This document shows positions 37,153-47,268 of a stretch of 64,000 bases of DNA, piece after piece; positions within the stretch are counted from its first letter, which is position 1, and the number at the start of each line of letters is the position of its first letter. The notes under the pieces were generated by a model. That model was not told where the DNA came from and made no database searches. It worked only from the letters and a program-made list of their open reading frames with translations. Position numbers and translations under genes: made by a program. Source of the stretch: Singulisphaera sp. GP187. Lineage in GTDB: Bacteria; Planctomycetota; Phycisphaerae; Phycisphaerales; SM1A02. The stretch lies in contig CAMBOV010000013.1 of the NCBI GenBank assembly GCA_945869475.1, positions 3,662 through 67,661 on the forward strand. Reading direction: 5' to 3'.

Positions 37153-40038
37153 GTGACCCACACTGGCCACGCTAATTCAGAATCTGCCCTCCCGGCACGC
37201 CAATCGGTCAACGGGTGGGATGCGGAGTTTTTGGACGGACTCTTCGCGAAGTGGAGTCGCGATCCCAACTCTGTTGATGCGACGTGGCAGCAGTTTTTTG
37301 CTGGATTTGAACTGGGATTGGCCCGTCCAGCGCCAAAGGCCGCGGCGACGGCGGCGGCGACCACCGACGCGAGTTCGTCAGGCGCCTCCACACAAGCGCA
37401 ACGCGCAGTCGACCAACTCATCGCTCGCTACCGCGAGTGCGGCCATCTCGCGGCGCAACTCGATCCACTTGGAACGACTCGCCCATTTCCTGATGCGCTC
37501 ACCCTTGAGAGCGTCGGGCTTGGAGACGAACATCTCACTCAGTCATTCGACGCGGGGTCGCTGCCTATCGCGTCGCCTGCCCTTCTGAGCGAGATTGTCA
37601 GCCAACTCGAACAGACCTATTGTGGATCGACCGGCGTTGAGTGCATGCACATCACCGATCTCGAGCAGCGCGCGTGGGTTCAGCGGCGCGTCGAACAATC
37701 GCGCGGCAAGCCAAACTTTTCAGCGCAACAGCAGCGGCACATCTTGAGTCGACTCGTTGACTCGGACGCGTTCGAGGCGTTCTTGGCGATGCGATACGTT
37801 GGCAAGAAGCGCTTCGGACTCGAAGGCGCCGACACAATCATCCCGATGCTCGATAGCGCGATTGAAACTGGCGCGACACTCGGCGCGCGCGAATTTTGCT
37901 TCGCCTTCGCCCACCGCGGTCGCGTGAATCTTCTAACCAACGTCGTGGGCAAGAAGTACGAGCAGGTTCTCACTGAATTCGAAGAGAACTGGACCGAAGG
38001 GTTCGTCGATGGCGGCGGCGATGTGAAGTACCACCAAGGTTTCAGCTCGGATCGATCAACCAGTGCCGGCATCGTGCATCTCACGGCCTCGGCCAATGCA
38101 TCCCATCTTGAATATGTCAATGGGATCGTGCTCGGCCGCACGCGCGCCAAGCAAGATCTTCGCGGCGATGGTGAACGTCGTGAGGTGATTCCGATTCTCG
38201 TGCACGGCGATTCGTCTTTTCCAGGGCAGGGTTCGGTCTCAGAGTGCTTCAACTTCATGAAGCTCACTGGATACGACGTCGGCGGCGCGCTGCACGTGAT
38301 CATCAACAATCAAGTCGGATTCACGACGAATCCGGATGATGTCTTCGGTGGACAGTATTGCTCTGACCTCGCCAAGGCCTATGACGTTCCGATTTTTCAC
38401 GTCAATGGTGATGATCCAGATGCGTGTGTGTGGGCGATGCAGACGGCAACCGAGTTTCGCCAAGCGTTCGGTCGCGACGCGCTCGTCGAGCTCTGGTGCT
38501 ATCGAAAGAATGGCCACAACGAGACCGATGAGCCTTCGTTCACCCAGCCGATTCTTTACCGACGAGTGCGTGAACATCCGCCGATCGCGGCGACCTATCG
38601 AGATCGACTGATCGCCACTGGCGCGATCACGCGCGAAGATGCCGACGCGCTCGTGCAATCCGTGCACGACCGGATGGACGCCGCCCAGAGTGCAGCGAAA
38701 GCCAAGGCGGTCTTTCCAGCGGTCGCTTCATTCGAAGGACGATGGAGGGCACTCAACAATCCATACACAGTCGATACCGAAGAGACTGGCGTACCTCTCG
38801 CGACACTCGCGAAACTTGCGACGGTGCTCTCGACGATTCCTGATCACATCACGCCACACCGCACGATCGCTCGAACGACCGCAGCGCGCGCTGCGGTCGA
38901 ACCAGAAGCAAAGATTGACTGGGCGAATGCTGAGTTGCTCGCGTACGGATCGCTGCTGCTCGATGGATGCCGAGTGCGCATCAGCGGGCAAGACGTTGAG
39001 CGCGGAACATTCAGCCACCGCCACGTGGTTGTCACCTGTCAGGACACTGGCGGCAAGTACAACGCGCTCGCGACACTCGGCGAGTTTGGAGTCTGGAACA
39101 GTCCGCTCACAGAGAACGCGATTGTTGCATTCGAACTCGGTTATTCGCAGACCGATCCCAATGCGCTCGTGATTTGGGAGGGACAGTTTGGCGACTTTGC
39201 CAACGGCGCGCAGGTGATTTTCGACCAGTTCTTGTCGAGTGGCGAAGTGAAATGGCATCGCGCTGCGGGACTGGTTCTCTTCTTGCCTCACGGCTACGAG
39301 GGGCAGGGTCCTGAGCATTCATCGGCGCGGCTCGAACGATTCTTGCAGCTCTACGCCAACAACAACTTCGATGCGGTGTACCCGTCGACGACGGCGCAGA
39401 TGTTTCACGTCTTGCGGCGGCAACTCAAGCGCAACTTCCGAAAGCCGTTGGTGGTGCTGACCCCCAAGAGCATGCTGCGACTTCCTGCCGCGCAAAGTTG
39501 CGGTGCTGAGTTTGTGCAGGGACACTTTCAGCGAGTGATCGACGATCCGACCGTCAAAGGCGCGCGCGAGATCACTCGCCTTTTCTTCTGCAGCGGAAAG
39601 TTTTTTCACGAACTGCATGCGCAACGCGAATCGCTTGCCGACACGACGTGCGCTTTTGTGCGCGTCGAGCAACTCGCTCCATTCCCTGCCGATGAAGTCG
39701 CCGCGATCATGCAGAAGTATCCATCTGCGCAGGTGCACTGGGCGCAAGAAGAGCCGCGCAACATGGGGGCGTATCGATTCGTTCAAGCGAACATGCTCGA
39801 CCGTTTCAACGTGAATCCGAAATATTGTGGACGCCCCGACTCGGCAACCCCCGCTGTCGGATCGACCAAGGCGCACGAAAAGCAGGCGCACGCGCTGCTC
39901 GCTGAAATTTTCCCAACCCTTGATGGAGTCTCGACTGAAGTCAAAGAGAACGTGGCCAAGAGCGACGCGACGAAGAGCAACGCAACGACGAGTGAGAAGA
40001 AAACAAGCGGCCGCAAGCCCGCTGCTAACAAACGCTAA
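37153..40038 (+). CDS. sucA: 2-oxoglutarate dehydrogenase E1 component
   Basis: GTG start preceded by GGAG. 'GHLAAQLDPLG', 'RFGLEGADT' and 'HGDSSFPGQG'. 961 aa. Confidence 0.95.
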   Translation: MTHTGHANSESALPARQSVNGWDAEFLDGLFAKWSRDPNSVDATWQQFFAGFELGLARPAPKAAATAAATTDASSSGASTQAQRAVDQLIARYRECGHLAAQLDPLGTTRPFPDALTLESVGLGDEHLTQSFDAGSLPIASPALLSEIVSQLEQTYCGSTGVECMHITDLEQRAWVQRRVEQSRGKPNFSAQQQRHILSRLVDSDAFEAFLAMRYVGKKRFGLEGADTIIPMLDSAIETGATLGAREFCFAFAHRGRVNLLTNVVGKKYEQVLTEFEENWTEGFVDGGGDVKYHQGFSSDRSTSAGIVHLTASANASHLEYVNGIVLGRTRAKQDLRGDGERREVIPILVHGDSSFPGQGSVSECFNFMKLTGYDVGGALHVIINNQVGFTTNPDDVFGGQYCSDLAKAYDVPIFHVNGDDPDACVWAMQTATEFRQAFGRDALVELWCYRKNGHNETDEPSFTQPILYRRVREHPPIAATYRDRLIATGAITREDADALVQSVHDRMDAAQSAAKAKAVFPAVASFEGRWRALNNPYTVDTEETGVPLATLAKLATVLSTIPDHITPHRTIARTTAARAAVEPEAKIDWANAELLAYGSLLLDGCRVRISGQDVERGTFSHRHVVVTCQDTGGKYNALATLGEFGVWNSPLTENAIVAFELGYSQTDPNALVIWEGQFGDFANGAQVIFDQFLSSGEVKWHRAAGLVLFLPHGYEGQGPEHSSARLERFLQLYANNNFDAVYPSTTAQMFHVLRRQLKRNFRKPLVVLTPKSMLRLPAAQSCGAEFVQGHFQRVIDDPTVKGAREITRLFFCSGKFFHELHAQRESLADTTCAFVRVEQLAPFPADEVAAIMQKYPSAQVHWAQEEPRNMGAYRFVQANMLDRFNVNPKYCGRPDSATPAVGSTKAHEKQAHALLAEIFPTLDGVSTEVKENVAKSDATKSNATTSEKKTSGRKPAANKR

Positions 40039-40053
40039 TGCGAGGATGCCACC

Positions 40054-41304
40054 ATGGTTGAAATCGTTGTCCCCAGTCCAGGCGAATCGATCACCGAAGT
40101 CACACTCGGCACCTGGCGCAAGAACGAGGGCGATTGGGTTGAGAAGGATGAGTTGCTCAACGAGATCGACTCAGACAAGGCAACGCTCGAGTTACTCGCT
40201 CCCGCATCGGGAGCACTTCGATTGAGTGTGAAATCTGGGACGGAACAGAAAGTCGGAACACTCGTTGCGAAGATCGACGAAACGGCAACGCGTCCCGCTG
40301 GGAGTGCGGCCGCCGCGGTCAAGCCTGCGGCAGCGACTGCTGCCAAGCCTGCGGTCGTGACAAGCAAGCCTGCGGCTGCAAAGCCGAGCGGCGATTCACC
40401 CACTCGTGTCTCAGGAGTCGCAAAGAAAGTCGCAGCAGAACGCGGCATCGATGCGGGTGCGCTCGCAGGAAGCGGTCCATCAGGGCGAGTCATGAAAGTC
40501 GATGTCGAAGGAGCTGCGAACACGAGCGCCACGCCAACAAGTGCAACGGCGCCTCGCGCGCCACAGACCGCTGCTCCCGCACCTGCCCCTGGAAGCCGCG
40601 CAGTCCGCCGCGAAAAGATGACGCGACTACGCCTTCGCATCGCCGAGCGACTCGTGAGTGCGCAGCACACCGCTGCGATGCTGACGACTTTCAATGAAGT
40701 CGACATGAGCGAAGTGATTCGTCTGCGCACAGAACACAAGGCTGATTTCGAAAAGCAACATGGCGTCTCGCTCGGCTTCATGGGATTCTTTATTCGCGCA
40801 TGCGTCTCAGCACTCGAACAGTATCCGCGCGCAAATGCCTACCTTGCAGGCGATGAGGTCGAGTATCACGAGTACGTCGACATCGGCGTGGCCGTCGGCA
40901 CCGAACGTGGACTCGTCGTACCCGTGCTTCGCAACTGCGAGGGGCTCTCGCTTCCCGCTGTTGAGAAGACACTTCGCGCATGTGCGGTGCGCGCGCGTGA
41001 TGGAAAGCTCTCAGTCGACGAGATGACTGGCGGCACGTTTACGATTTCAAATGGCGGCGTCTATGGCTCGCTCATGTCGACGCCGATCTTGAATCCACCG
41101 CAGTCGGCGATCCTTGGCATGCACGCGATCAAGAAGCGTGCCGTTGAGGATCCCAACAACCCAGGACAAATCGTGCTTCGTCCAATGATGTATCTCGCGC
41201 TTTCATACGATCACCGAATCATCGATGGCGCCGAGGCTGTCGGATTCTTGGTGCATGTCAAGGATTGCATCGAAAACCCAGGACGCCTCTTGCTCGGCGT
41301 CTAA
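40054..41304 (+). CDS. sucB: dihydrolipoyllysine-residue succinyltransferase (E2 of 2-oxoglutarate dehydrogenase)
   Basis: Lipoyl motif '[11 protein letters not shown]', the PSBD '[19 protein letters not shown]', and the catalytic '[10 protein letters not shown]'. Confidence 0.95.
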   Translation: MVEIVVPSPGESITEVTLGTWRKNEGDWVEKDELLNEIDSDKATLELLAPASGALRLSVKSGTEQKVGTLVAKIDETATRPAGSAAAAVKPAAATAAKPAVVTSKPAAAKPSGDSPTRVSGVAKKVAAERGIDAGALAGSGPSGRVMKVDVEGAANTSATPTSATAPRAPQTAAPAPAPGSRAVRREKMTRLRLRIAERLVSAQHTAAMLTTFNEVDMSEVIRLRTEHKADFEKQHGVSLGFMGFFIRACVSALEQYPRANAYLAGDEVEYHEYVDIGVAVGTERGLVVPVLRNCEGLSLPAVEKTLRACAVRARDGKLSVDEMTGGTFTISNGGVYGSLMSTPILNPPQSAILGMHAIKKRAVEDPNNPGQIVLRPMMYLALSYDHRIIDGAEAVGFLVHVKDCIENPGRLLLGV

Positions 41305-41316
41305 AAGAGGATTGCC

Positions 41317-41865
41317 ATGAAAACTTCCCCGCTGCTCATCGCTCTCACACTTGTGCTCACAGGTTGCGGCGGAGGCGACGATGCGTCGTCATCTGCGGGT
41401 GCCACGCCAGCACCATCGAAGCCCACGGGCCCGACGGCGGCTCCGGCGCCGCCGATGACGGTCGACATCAACAAGATTGCATCCGATCTCGGCGCGGCTT
41501 ACAAGACGCGCGCCGACTGCTACGCATCGATGGTCAAAGGAAAAAGCCTCGACGCAAAGCAGACCGCTGACTTCTACGCCGCGATGGAATCGTGCGCGCA
41601 GATTTCGCAGGACATTTGCGAGATGATGAAGAAGACCCCGCGCTGGCAGCGGCAGATCACCCAAGCGCTCGAGACGAACACAAAGAGTTCGATCATTGCG
41701 CTCACCAAAGCTGAGAAGGCCTATACAAAGGCGAAGTCTTCAGGCAGCGTCGGCAAGACCGCCGGTGGCTGCCCGCCAGCGATTGCCGCGGTGATTGAGA
41801 AGTTCTCTATGTCTGAGATGCGCGTGAAGGGTCTCATGCCCTACACCAAAGCCGAGATGGAGTGA
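41317..41865 (+). CDS. lipoprotein, function unknown
   Basis: Lipobox 'LVLTGCGG'. 182 aa, helical and Lys/Ala-rich. Confidence 0.55.
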   Translation: MKTSPLLIALTLVLTGCGGGDDASSSAGATPAPSKPTGPTAAPAPPMTVDINKIASDLGAAYKTRADCYASMVKGKSLDAKQTADFYAAMESCAQISQDICEMMKKTPRWQRQITQALETNTKSSIIALTKAEKAYTKAKSSGSVGKTAGGCPPAIAAVIEKFSMSEMRVKGLMPYTKAEME

Positions 41866-41896
41866 GCTGACCGTTGACACGGGGGGCTGTATCGAG

Positions 41897-43930
41897 TCAC
41901 CGCGCGGGCGCTGTGCGAGTCGTTCGCATTGTGCCGGCCGTCGCGCCGGCCGCACTCTTGGGCGGCGCCGCCGCGACGCGACTCTTCGCTCGCACAGGCA
42001 GCGACTCTGGAGCATCTGGATTCGACTCGGCCGCAAGATCTTCATCACCTGCGACTCCAGTGAAAATCAGTGCTGCTGAAACTCGTTCTGTCGCGTCGAG
42101 CGGAAGATCTTGACCCGTCGCGAGAATCGCTTTGCGCCGCTCTGGAAGTTGATCGGGCTTCACGCCGAGATATTGCAACGACTCATCGATCACATCGCGC
42201 ACAACGGGTCCGGCAATCGATCCGCCGAAGTGACCTTTTTTCTTATCTGGATCGTCAATCACACAGAGCACCACGACGCGTGGATGATCAAACGGTGCGC
42301 CCGCGATGAAATTCGCAACGTACCGATCTTCGAAGTAACCCTTGCCTTGATCGGCGGGCTTTGGAAGTTGCGCAGTGCCAGACTTACCAAACATCCGGTA
42401 GACGGCACTCTGCGCGCGACGACCCGTTCCTTCGGTCAAGACACCCTCCATCGCCGAGCGCGTCTCGAGCGCGATCGACGGCGGAAGCACTTGTGTGTGC
42501 GGCGATGCGAGAACCCGTCCATCAACTCCCACAGGAAGTGCGATGCGCGGTTGTGGCATCCAGCCATCGGTACAGAACGTGCTGAAGGCGCGAACCATCT
42601 GCACAGGAGTGACTGCAATTTCATGACCCATCGCTACAGAGGTCTGCGTGTACTTCGACCACGCAGCAGGCGAGGTGACAAGACCCGCGGTCTCACCAGG
42701 TACTCCAAGATTTGTGAGTTGACCGAATCCAAAGCGCTTGACTGCTTTCTCTTGCATGTCAGCAAACGACATCCGCTCGCCGGCGATTGCCATGCCGCTG
42801 TTGAGACTCTTCACAAGCACGGTCCTCCACGAAACGGCACCGTAATACTTCACATCGCGAATCGCACGACCGAATGTTGTGCGATGGGGACCGTTGGTTG
42901 GCGTCTGCACGCGCGAGTTCACAGAAAAGATTCCGCACTCTGTTGCTGCCGCCCAGACGAATGGTTTGAATGTTGATCCTGGTTCAAACGGATCGGTCAG
43001 ACAGCGATTGCGACCGAGCGCAGGATCGATTCGACGATTTGGGTCGTCGGTGACTTCTCTCCATCCAGATCGCTTGCGAAGAATGTCGACCATCGCAAGC
43101 ACATCGCCCGAGTGTGGATCAAACACCACGAGTCGACCACCGCCAGCGTTGTACTGTCGCACCGCTTCGGCGAGTCGCCGTTCTGCAATCTCTTGCAAGA
43201 CGAGATCAATCGAAAGGCGCACGTCTGCTCCGTCGTCTGCTGGAACATAATTGCCATCTTCGATGTGCAAGACATTTCGCTGCACATCGCGCAGATAGGT
43301 GAGTTTTCCGTTCTTTGCCGCGAGTTTCTTCTCGAATGAGAGTTCAGCGCCAGCGAGCCCTTTGTGCTCGAATCCAACTTTGCCGATGACCGCTGCACCG
43401 ACCGATCCTTGTGGATACTCACGCACGAGTTTCGATTCGATGCCGAGCCCATCAATGGCGAGTGTCTTGATGCCATCGAGTTCAGATTCCGAAAGATCTC
43501 CATCGAGCACGACGTACCGATCGTCGGCGCGCTGACGAAGAACCGCTTCGAAGTCAGCCTCCGGCCGATTGAGCACCGATGCAAGCGTCGCGGCAACCTC
43601 TTGAAATGGATCGCTCGTCACTGAGACCTGCGGATCACTCTTGAGCCCCTCGCGAATCTTGTCGTTGCCATCCTTCCAAATCGTTGCGGGATCGGCGAAG
43701 AGTCGATAGCCAACAACACTCGTTGCGAGGATGCGTCCACGTCGGTCAAGAATGCGGCCGCGCGCAGCGAGCTCGGTCGATGTCGAGGTGCGCGATCCCA
43801 TGGCTGGAAGAAGTTTGGATGGCGGAACCGTCTTGAGTTGGGCGACGCGCACAAGTGTGGCACTCAGCGCGACAATCGTGACGACGACGATTCCGCGCGA
43901 CCACGCACGAATGCGCACGGGCGAACTCAT
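41897..43930 (-). CDS. ftsI: peptidoglycan D,D-transpeptidase (class B PBP, FtsI/PBP2-like)
   Basis: TM 'GIVVVTIVALSATLV', 'PGSTFKP' (SXXK), 'SLNSG' (SXN) and 'KSGTA' (KTG-type). ATG 43930 forms an ATGA overlap with the ftsL-like stop. Confidence 0.85.
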   Translation of the reverse strand: MSSPVRIRAWSRGIVVVTIVALSATLVRVAQLKTVPPSKLLPAMGSRTSTSTELAARGRILDRRGRILATSVVGYRLFADPATIWKDGNDKIREGLKSDPQVSVTSDPFQEVAATLASVLNRPEADFEAVLRQRADDRYVVLDGDLSESELDGIKTLAIDGLGIESKLVREYPQGSVGAAVIGKVGFEHKGLAGAELSFEKKLAAKNGKLTYLRDVQRNVLHIEDGNYVPADDGADVRLSIDLVLQEIAERRLAEAVRQYNAGGGRLVVFDPHSGDVLAMVDILRKRSGWREVTDDPNRRIDPALGRNRCLTDPFEPGSTFKPFVWAAATECGIFSVNSRVQTPTNGPHRTTFGRAIRDVKYYGAVSWRTVLVKSLNSGMAIAGERMSFADMQEKAVKRFGFGQLTNLGVPGETAGLVTSPAAWSKYTQTSVAMGHEIAVTPVQMVRAFSTFCTDGWMPQPRIALPVGVDGRVLASPHTQVLPPSIALETRSAMEGVLTEGTGRRAQSAVYRMFGKSGTAQLPKPADQGKGYFEDRYVANFIAGAPFDHPRVVVLCVIDDPDKKKGHFGGSIAGPVVRDVIDESLQYLGVKPDQLPERRKAILATGQDLPLDATERVSAALIFTGVAGDEDLAAESNPDAPESLPVRAKSRVAAAPPKSAAGATAGTMRTTRTAPAR

Positions 43931-44238
43931 CCGCCGAACTCCACACGCTGCGTCTGATCGATCGTTTCGCCTTGCATGGGAAGTGATCCATCTTCGATTC
44001 GGTATGGGATCGCCCGCCACCGACGATTGAGTCGATCAACGGCCGTTCGAATTTCTGCCGGGCGCGTGCCTCGTGCGATCTCAGCGCGGAGGGACCAGAG
44101 TGTTCGCTCTTGTTCGAGCATCCGCCAATGTGCCCGCGAGATATCGCGCGCAAGTTCGTACCGCTGTTGTCGCTGCACGAGCACTCCACAGGCGAGTACG
44201 CCGATTCCGATGACGATGGCTGTGACCTTTGCGAACAA
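43927..44238 (-). CDS. FtsL-like bitopic cell-division protein (TM + coiled coil)
   Basis: 103 aa. TM 'VTAIVIGIGVLACGVLV' followed by a heptad-like segment. It sits immediately upstream of ftsI. Called by position and architecture only. Confidence 0.5.
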   Translation of the reverse strand: MFAKVTAIVIGIGVLACGVLVQRQQRYELARDISRAHWRMLEQERTLWSLRAEIARGTRPAEIRTAVDRLNRRWRAIPYRIEDGSLPMQGETIDQTQRVEFGG

Positions 44239-44247
44239 GGCGCGCTC

Positions 44248-45009
44248 CTAGTGGGCGTCGCTTGGAATGCGCAGTGCCGCACCGATCTTGAGCGCCGATG
44301 GACTCTTGAGTCGATCGCGGTTCGCGTCGTAGAGCAGTTCCCATTTCTTGGATGATCCAAGCTCACGGGCCGCGATTGTTCCGAGCGTATCGCCCTTTTG
44401 AACCACAATCTCGCGCTGCGCAACCACAGCCTGCGGTGGTTGGGTCATGCCAGCCGCGGCTTGCTGTTGCACGACCGCGGTTGGAACTACAACAACTTCT
44501 GTTGGCTGCTCTCCGCGAAGCACGCTCGCAGCTGGCAATCGAATTGTTGTGCCTTTGCGAAGTCTCGTTGGGTTCGAAACGGTCGCCTTGTTGAAATCGG
44601 CGAGCTTCTGCCAGAGGTTTCCGTTGCCGTAACGCGACTGACAGATCTTGTAGAGAGTTTCGCCCTCCTTCAGTGTGTAGAGCTCGGCGGGCACTCCCAT
44701 CGGTGCAACCGCTGGGGTCTGACCTGGCAAGCGATTCTCTGGCTGCGCGATCGACTCGCCACCTAGCGTCAGCGTCGCAGCGAGTGGACCACCCCTCGCC
44801 GTTCGATTGTTCACTTGGATCGATTGGATCGATTGGATCGATTGGATCGAGACCGGCGCGAGCGGACGCACCATGCGCATACCCGTGTTGGCGACGAGGT
44901 CGGCTGAATTGCGCCGCTGCGTCGCAGAAAAATGATCAGAGACGAGGATGCCCACGAAGAGGAGCAATCCAAATCCGAGGACGACGGCGAGTTTGTGTTC
45001 ACGGGTCAT
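44248..45009 (-). CDS. membrane-anchored protein with two LysM peptidoglycan-binding domains
   Basis: N-terminal TM 'LAVVLGFGLLLFVGILV'. Two LysM units: 'YTLKEGETLYKICQSRYG...GTTIRLP' and 'IVVQKGDTLGTIAAREL...GAALRIP'. Confidence 0.8.
   Translation of the reverse strand: MTREHKLAVVLGFGLLLFVGILVSDHFSATQRRNSADLVANTGMRMVRPLAPVSIQSIQSIQSIQVNNRTARGGPLAATLTLGGESIAQPENRLPGQTPAVAPMGVPAELYTLKEGETLYKICQSRYGNGNLWQKLADFNKATVSNPTRLRKGTTIRLPAASVLRGEQPTEVVVVPTAVVQQQAAAGMTQPPQAVVAQREIVVQKGDTLGTIAARELGSSKKWELLYDANRDRLKSPSALKIGAALRIPSDAH
44815..44850 (-). repeat. perfect 9-bp tandem repeat x4 (TTGGATCGA on + strand) inside the LysM gene
   Basis: Read directly from the sequence. It encodes (SIQ)4 in the linker after the TM helix. 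Confidence 0.95.
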
Positions 45010-45045
45010 GGTGCAACTTCCTTGTTGACTGGCTGACTGGTTGAC

Positions 45046-45981
45046 TTACGACTTTCGAGCGATGCGTTGAACGGTGCGAAGCTTTGCCGAGCGAGACCTC
45101 GTATTGCTCGCGACTTCGCAGTCGCCGGCAATCAGAGGTTTGCGATTCACCCTCGTGACGAGTCCTTCGTCGTCGAGAGTGGCGAATGTTCGCTTGACTT
45201 GGCGATCTTCCAACGAATGGAACGAGATCACAGCTACGCGTGCTTTGCGAGAGAGCCACCCATCACCCGTCGATCGGACCGCGTGAGCGACCGACTTCAG
45301 AAAATCCTCAAGCGCTCTCAGTTCGTCGTTGACGGCGATCCTGAGCGCCATGAAGGTCCGGGTGGCAGGGTGCAATCTGGAAGCACGCGCGCGCGAGCCA
45401 TAGGCCTCGCGCACGAGTCGAGCCAAATGCGCCGTCGTAAGGATCGGCTCATGCGTACGAGTTTGTGCAACTTTCCGCGCGATCAATCGCGCGAATGGAT
45501 CCTCACCGAAGTTGTAAATGAGATCTGCAATATCGGACTCGCGAAGGTCGCGAATGAGGTCGGCGGCCGAGTACGCGCACGACTGATCGAGCCGCATGTC
45601 GAGGGGGCCATCCTGTTGAAAGCCGAAGCCTCGGTGTGCATCATCGAGTTGGGTGCTCGAGATGCCCAGATCTGCGAGCACAAGATCAGCGCAGATGCTC
45701 TGCTTTCTTGAGATTTCAGCGAGTGATCGAAAGTCGCCGTGCACTCCATCGATCTGTGAATCGGGAGCCGCTTCGCGCACGCGATCGAGTGCGTACTGCA
45801 GATTGCCCGCGTCGCGGTCGAGCAACAGCACGCGTCCAGGGTTAATCGCAGCGGCGATCGCGCTGGCATGTCCGCCGCGTCCAGCCGTTGCATCGATAAA
45901 AGTTTCACCACGCTGTGGAGCAAGCGATTCGAGCACCTCGCTCATCAGAACCGGAATGTGTCCCGAGTCAGCAGAGCTCAC
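45046..45981 (-). CDS. rsmH: 16S rRNA (cytosine1402-N4)-methyltransferase
   Basis: 'GHIPVLMSEVLESL', 'FIDATAGRGGHA', 'GVHGDFR' and 'DLGISSTQLD'. The GTG at 45981 overlaps the GT4 stop (GTGA). The longer ORF upstream runs through the GT4 gene in another frame. Confidence 0.85.
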   Translation of the reverse strand: MSSADSGHIPVLMSEVLESLAPQRGETFIDATAGRGGHASAIAAAINPGRVLLLDRDAGNLQYALDRVREAAPDSQIDGVHGDFRSLAEISRKQSICADLVLADLGISSTQLDDAHRGFGFQQDGPLDMRLDQSCAYSAADLIRDLRESDIADLIYNFGEDPFARLIARKVAQTRTHEPILTTAHLARLVREAYGSRARASRLHPATRTFMALRIAVNDELRALEDFLKSVAHAVRSTGDGWLSRKARVAVISFHSLEDRQVKRTFATLDDEGLVTRVNRKPLIAGDCEVASNTRSRSAKLRTVQRIARKS

Positions 45982-47264
45982 GCCGAGCGATCCGGCGCGG
46001 GATCGGTGGGCGAGGCGGCCGTGTTTGCTTCCCACCGTTGCAGCATTGCGATCTTGATCGCGACCGAGATGACGAATCCAAAGAGCGCCATCCCGATGCA
46101 ATACACCACGAGCATGCGCGTCGAGGTGAGCAGCGCGATCGCCGCGATCGAGACGCCAAGCAGTGTGAAGGCAAGCGTGATTCCGTAAAGCGCAAAGACG
46201 GTCTTCTTCACCGACCCAAGGGCTCGTTTGAGTTGATGGTGAATGTGATTGGCATCTGCAGTGTTCATCGGAACACCGGCGAGCTTGCGCCGAATGATCG
46301 CGAGCGTCGTGTCGACAATCGGAAGTCCGAAGATGATGAATCCTGCAACCACCATGCTGGGGGATCCCTGCTCGCCGAAGAGCAGGATCGTCGTGACGCA
46401 GAGGTAGCCGATCAAGAGACTGCCGCAGTCTCCAAGAAAGATGAACGCGGGATTGAAGTTCCACGGCAAGAATCCGAGCATGCATCCCAGAAGTGCGAGC
46501 GCGAGGATGACGCGCACCCCAACGAGGCTCGTCGTTGGGTCGTCGATCGTTGCGGTCGAGGCGAGCAGCAGAGCGATCGCGAGAAAACCCGACGACATGA
46601 TCGCGGTGCTGCCCGAGAGGAGTCCGTCGAGACCGTCGATCAGGTTGGCCGAATTGCACCCTGCGATAATGACGAAGCCGAGAAAGGCCGTTCCGATCCA
46701 GTAGTACAGCACGGCATTCTGCAACGCGAATCCTGCAAAAGTGAACAGCGTCTCATCGGGCTGGCCAATGAGTGGTTGCAGTACGCCGGTCACCGCGCCG
46801 ATGCCGATCTCTGAATACGAGAGCGCCGCAGCCGCAACAAGTTGGCCTGCGATCTTGAGTCGCGCATCCCACTTCCAAATGTCATCCGCAAGTCCGGTCA
46901 ACGCGATGGCACTCGCGCCGACCAAGATCGAGAGTGGGACGGGTGCCAAGTCGGCGGCGTCTCCGTCGATGAGGATGAAACTCGCAATCATCGCGCACAT
47001 GAATCCAATAAAGACGGCAAGTCCGCCGAGGTAGGCCACGGGCGCCTTGTGATGTTTGCGGTGCACATCGGGCATGTCAATGACGCCGACGACAATCGCG
47101 ATGCGACGAACCACAGGGGTGGCGACAAGGGTGATGAGAAAACCTGCGATGAAGACCGGCGAGTAGACGTTGAGCATCTCGACTGCATCGACGAACACCT
47201 CACGCACCGGCGGTGACGCTGGGGTGAGCAGTTCGATGTTCCCCGTCGTGGCCTGAAAGATCAT
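45978..47264 (-). CDS. polyprenyl-phosphate N-acetylhexosamine-1-phosphate transferase (GT4 family, WecA/TagO-like, not MraY)
   Basis: 'GLADDIWKWDARLK', 'NSANLIDGLDGL', 'IFLGDCGSLLIGY' and 'DANHIHHQL'. It lacks the MraY-type 'GTPTMGG'. ATG 47264 lies 4 nt after the Wzc-like stop. Confidence 0.8.
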   Translation of the reverse strand: MIFQATTGNIELLTPASPPVREVFVDAVEMLNVYSPVFIAGFLITLVATPVVRRIAIVVGVIDMPDVHRKHHKAPVAYLGGLAVFIGFMCAMIASFILIDGDAADLAPVPLSILVGASAIALTGLADDIWKWDARLKIAGQLVAAAALSYSEIGIGAVTGVLQPLIGQPDETLFTFAGFALQNAVLYYWIGTAFLGFVIIAGCNSANLIDGLDGLLSGSTAIMSSGFLAIALLLASTATIDDPTTSLVGVRVILALALLGCMLGFLPWNFNPAFIFLGDCGSLLIGYLCVTTILLFGEQGSPSMVVAGFIIFGLPIVDTTLAIIRRKLAGVPMNTADANHIHHQLKRALGSVKKTVFALYGITLAFTLLGVSIAAIALLTSTRMLVVYCIGMALFGFVISVAIKIAMLQRWEANTAASPTDPAPDRSA

Positions 47265-47268
47265 CGCG

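Noticed and set aside
40054-41865. Absence of lpd (E3) after sucA-sucB, with a lipoprotein gene in its place
   Set aside because: E3 is commonly encoded elsewhere and shared between 2-oxoacid dehydrogenase complexes, so this is not considered unusual.
45982-46659. Upstream extension of the rsmH ORF (537-aa version)
   Set aside because: It runs through the GT4 transferase gene in another frame with Arg/His-rich composition. RsmH motifs begin right after the GTG at 45981, which forms a GTGA overlap with the GT4 stop.
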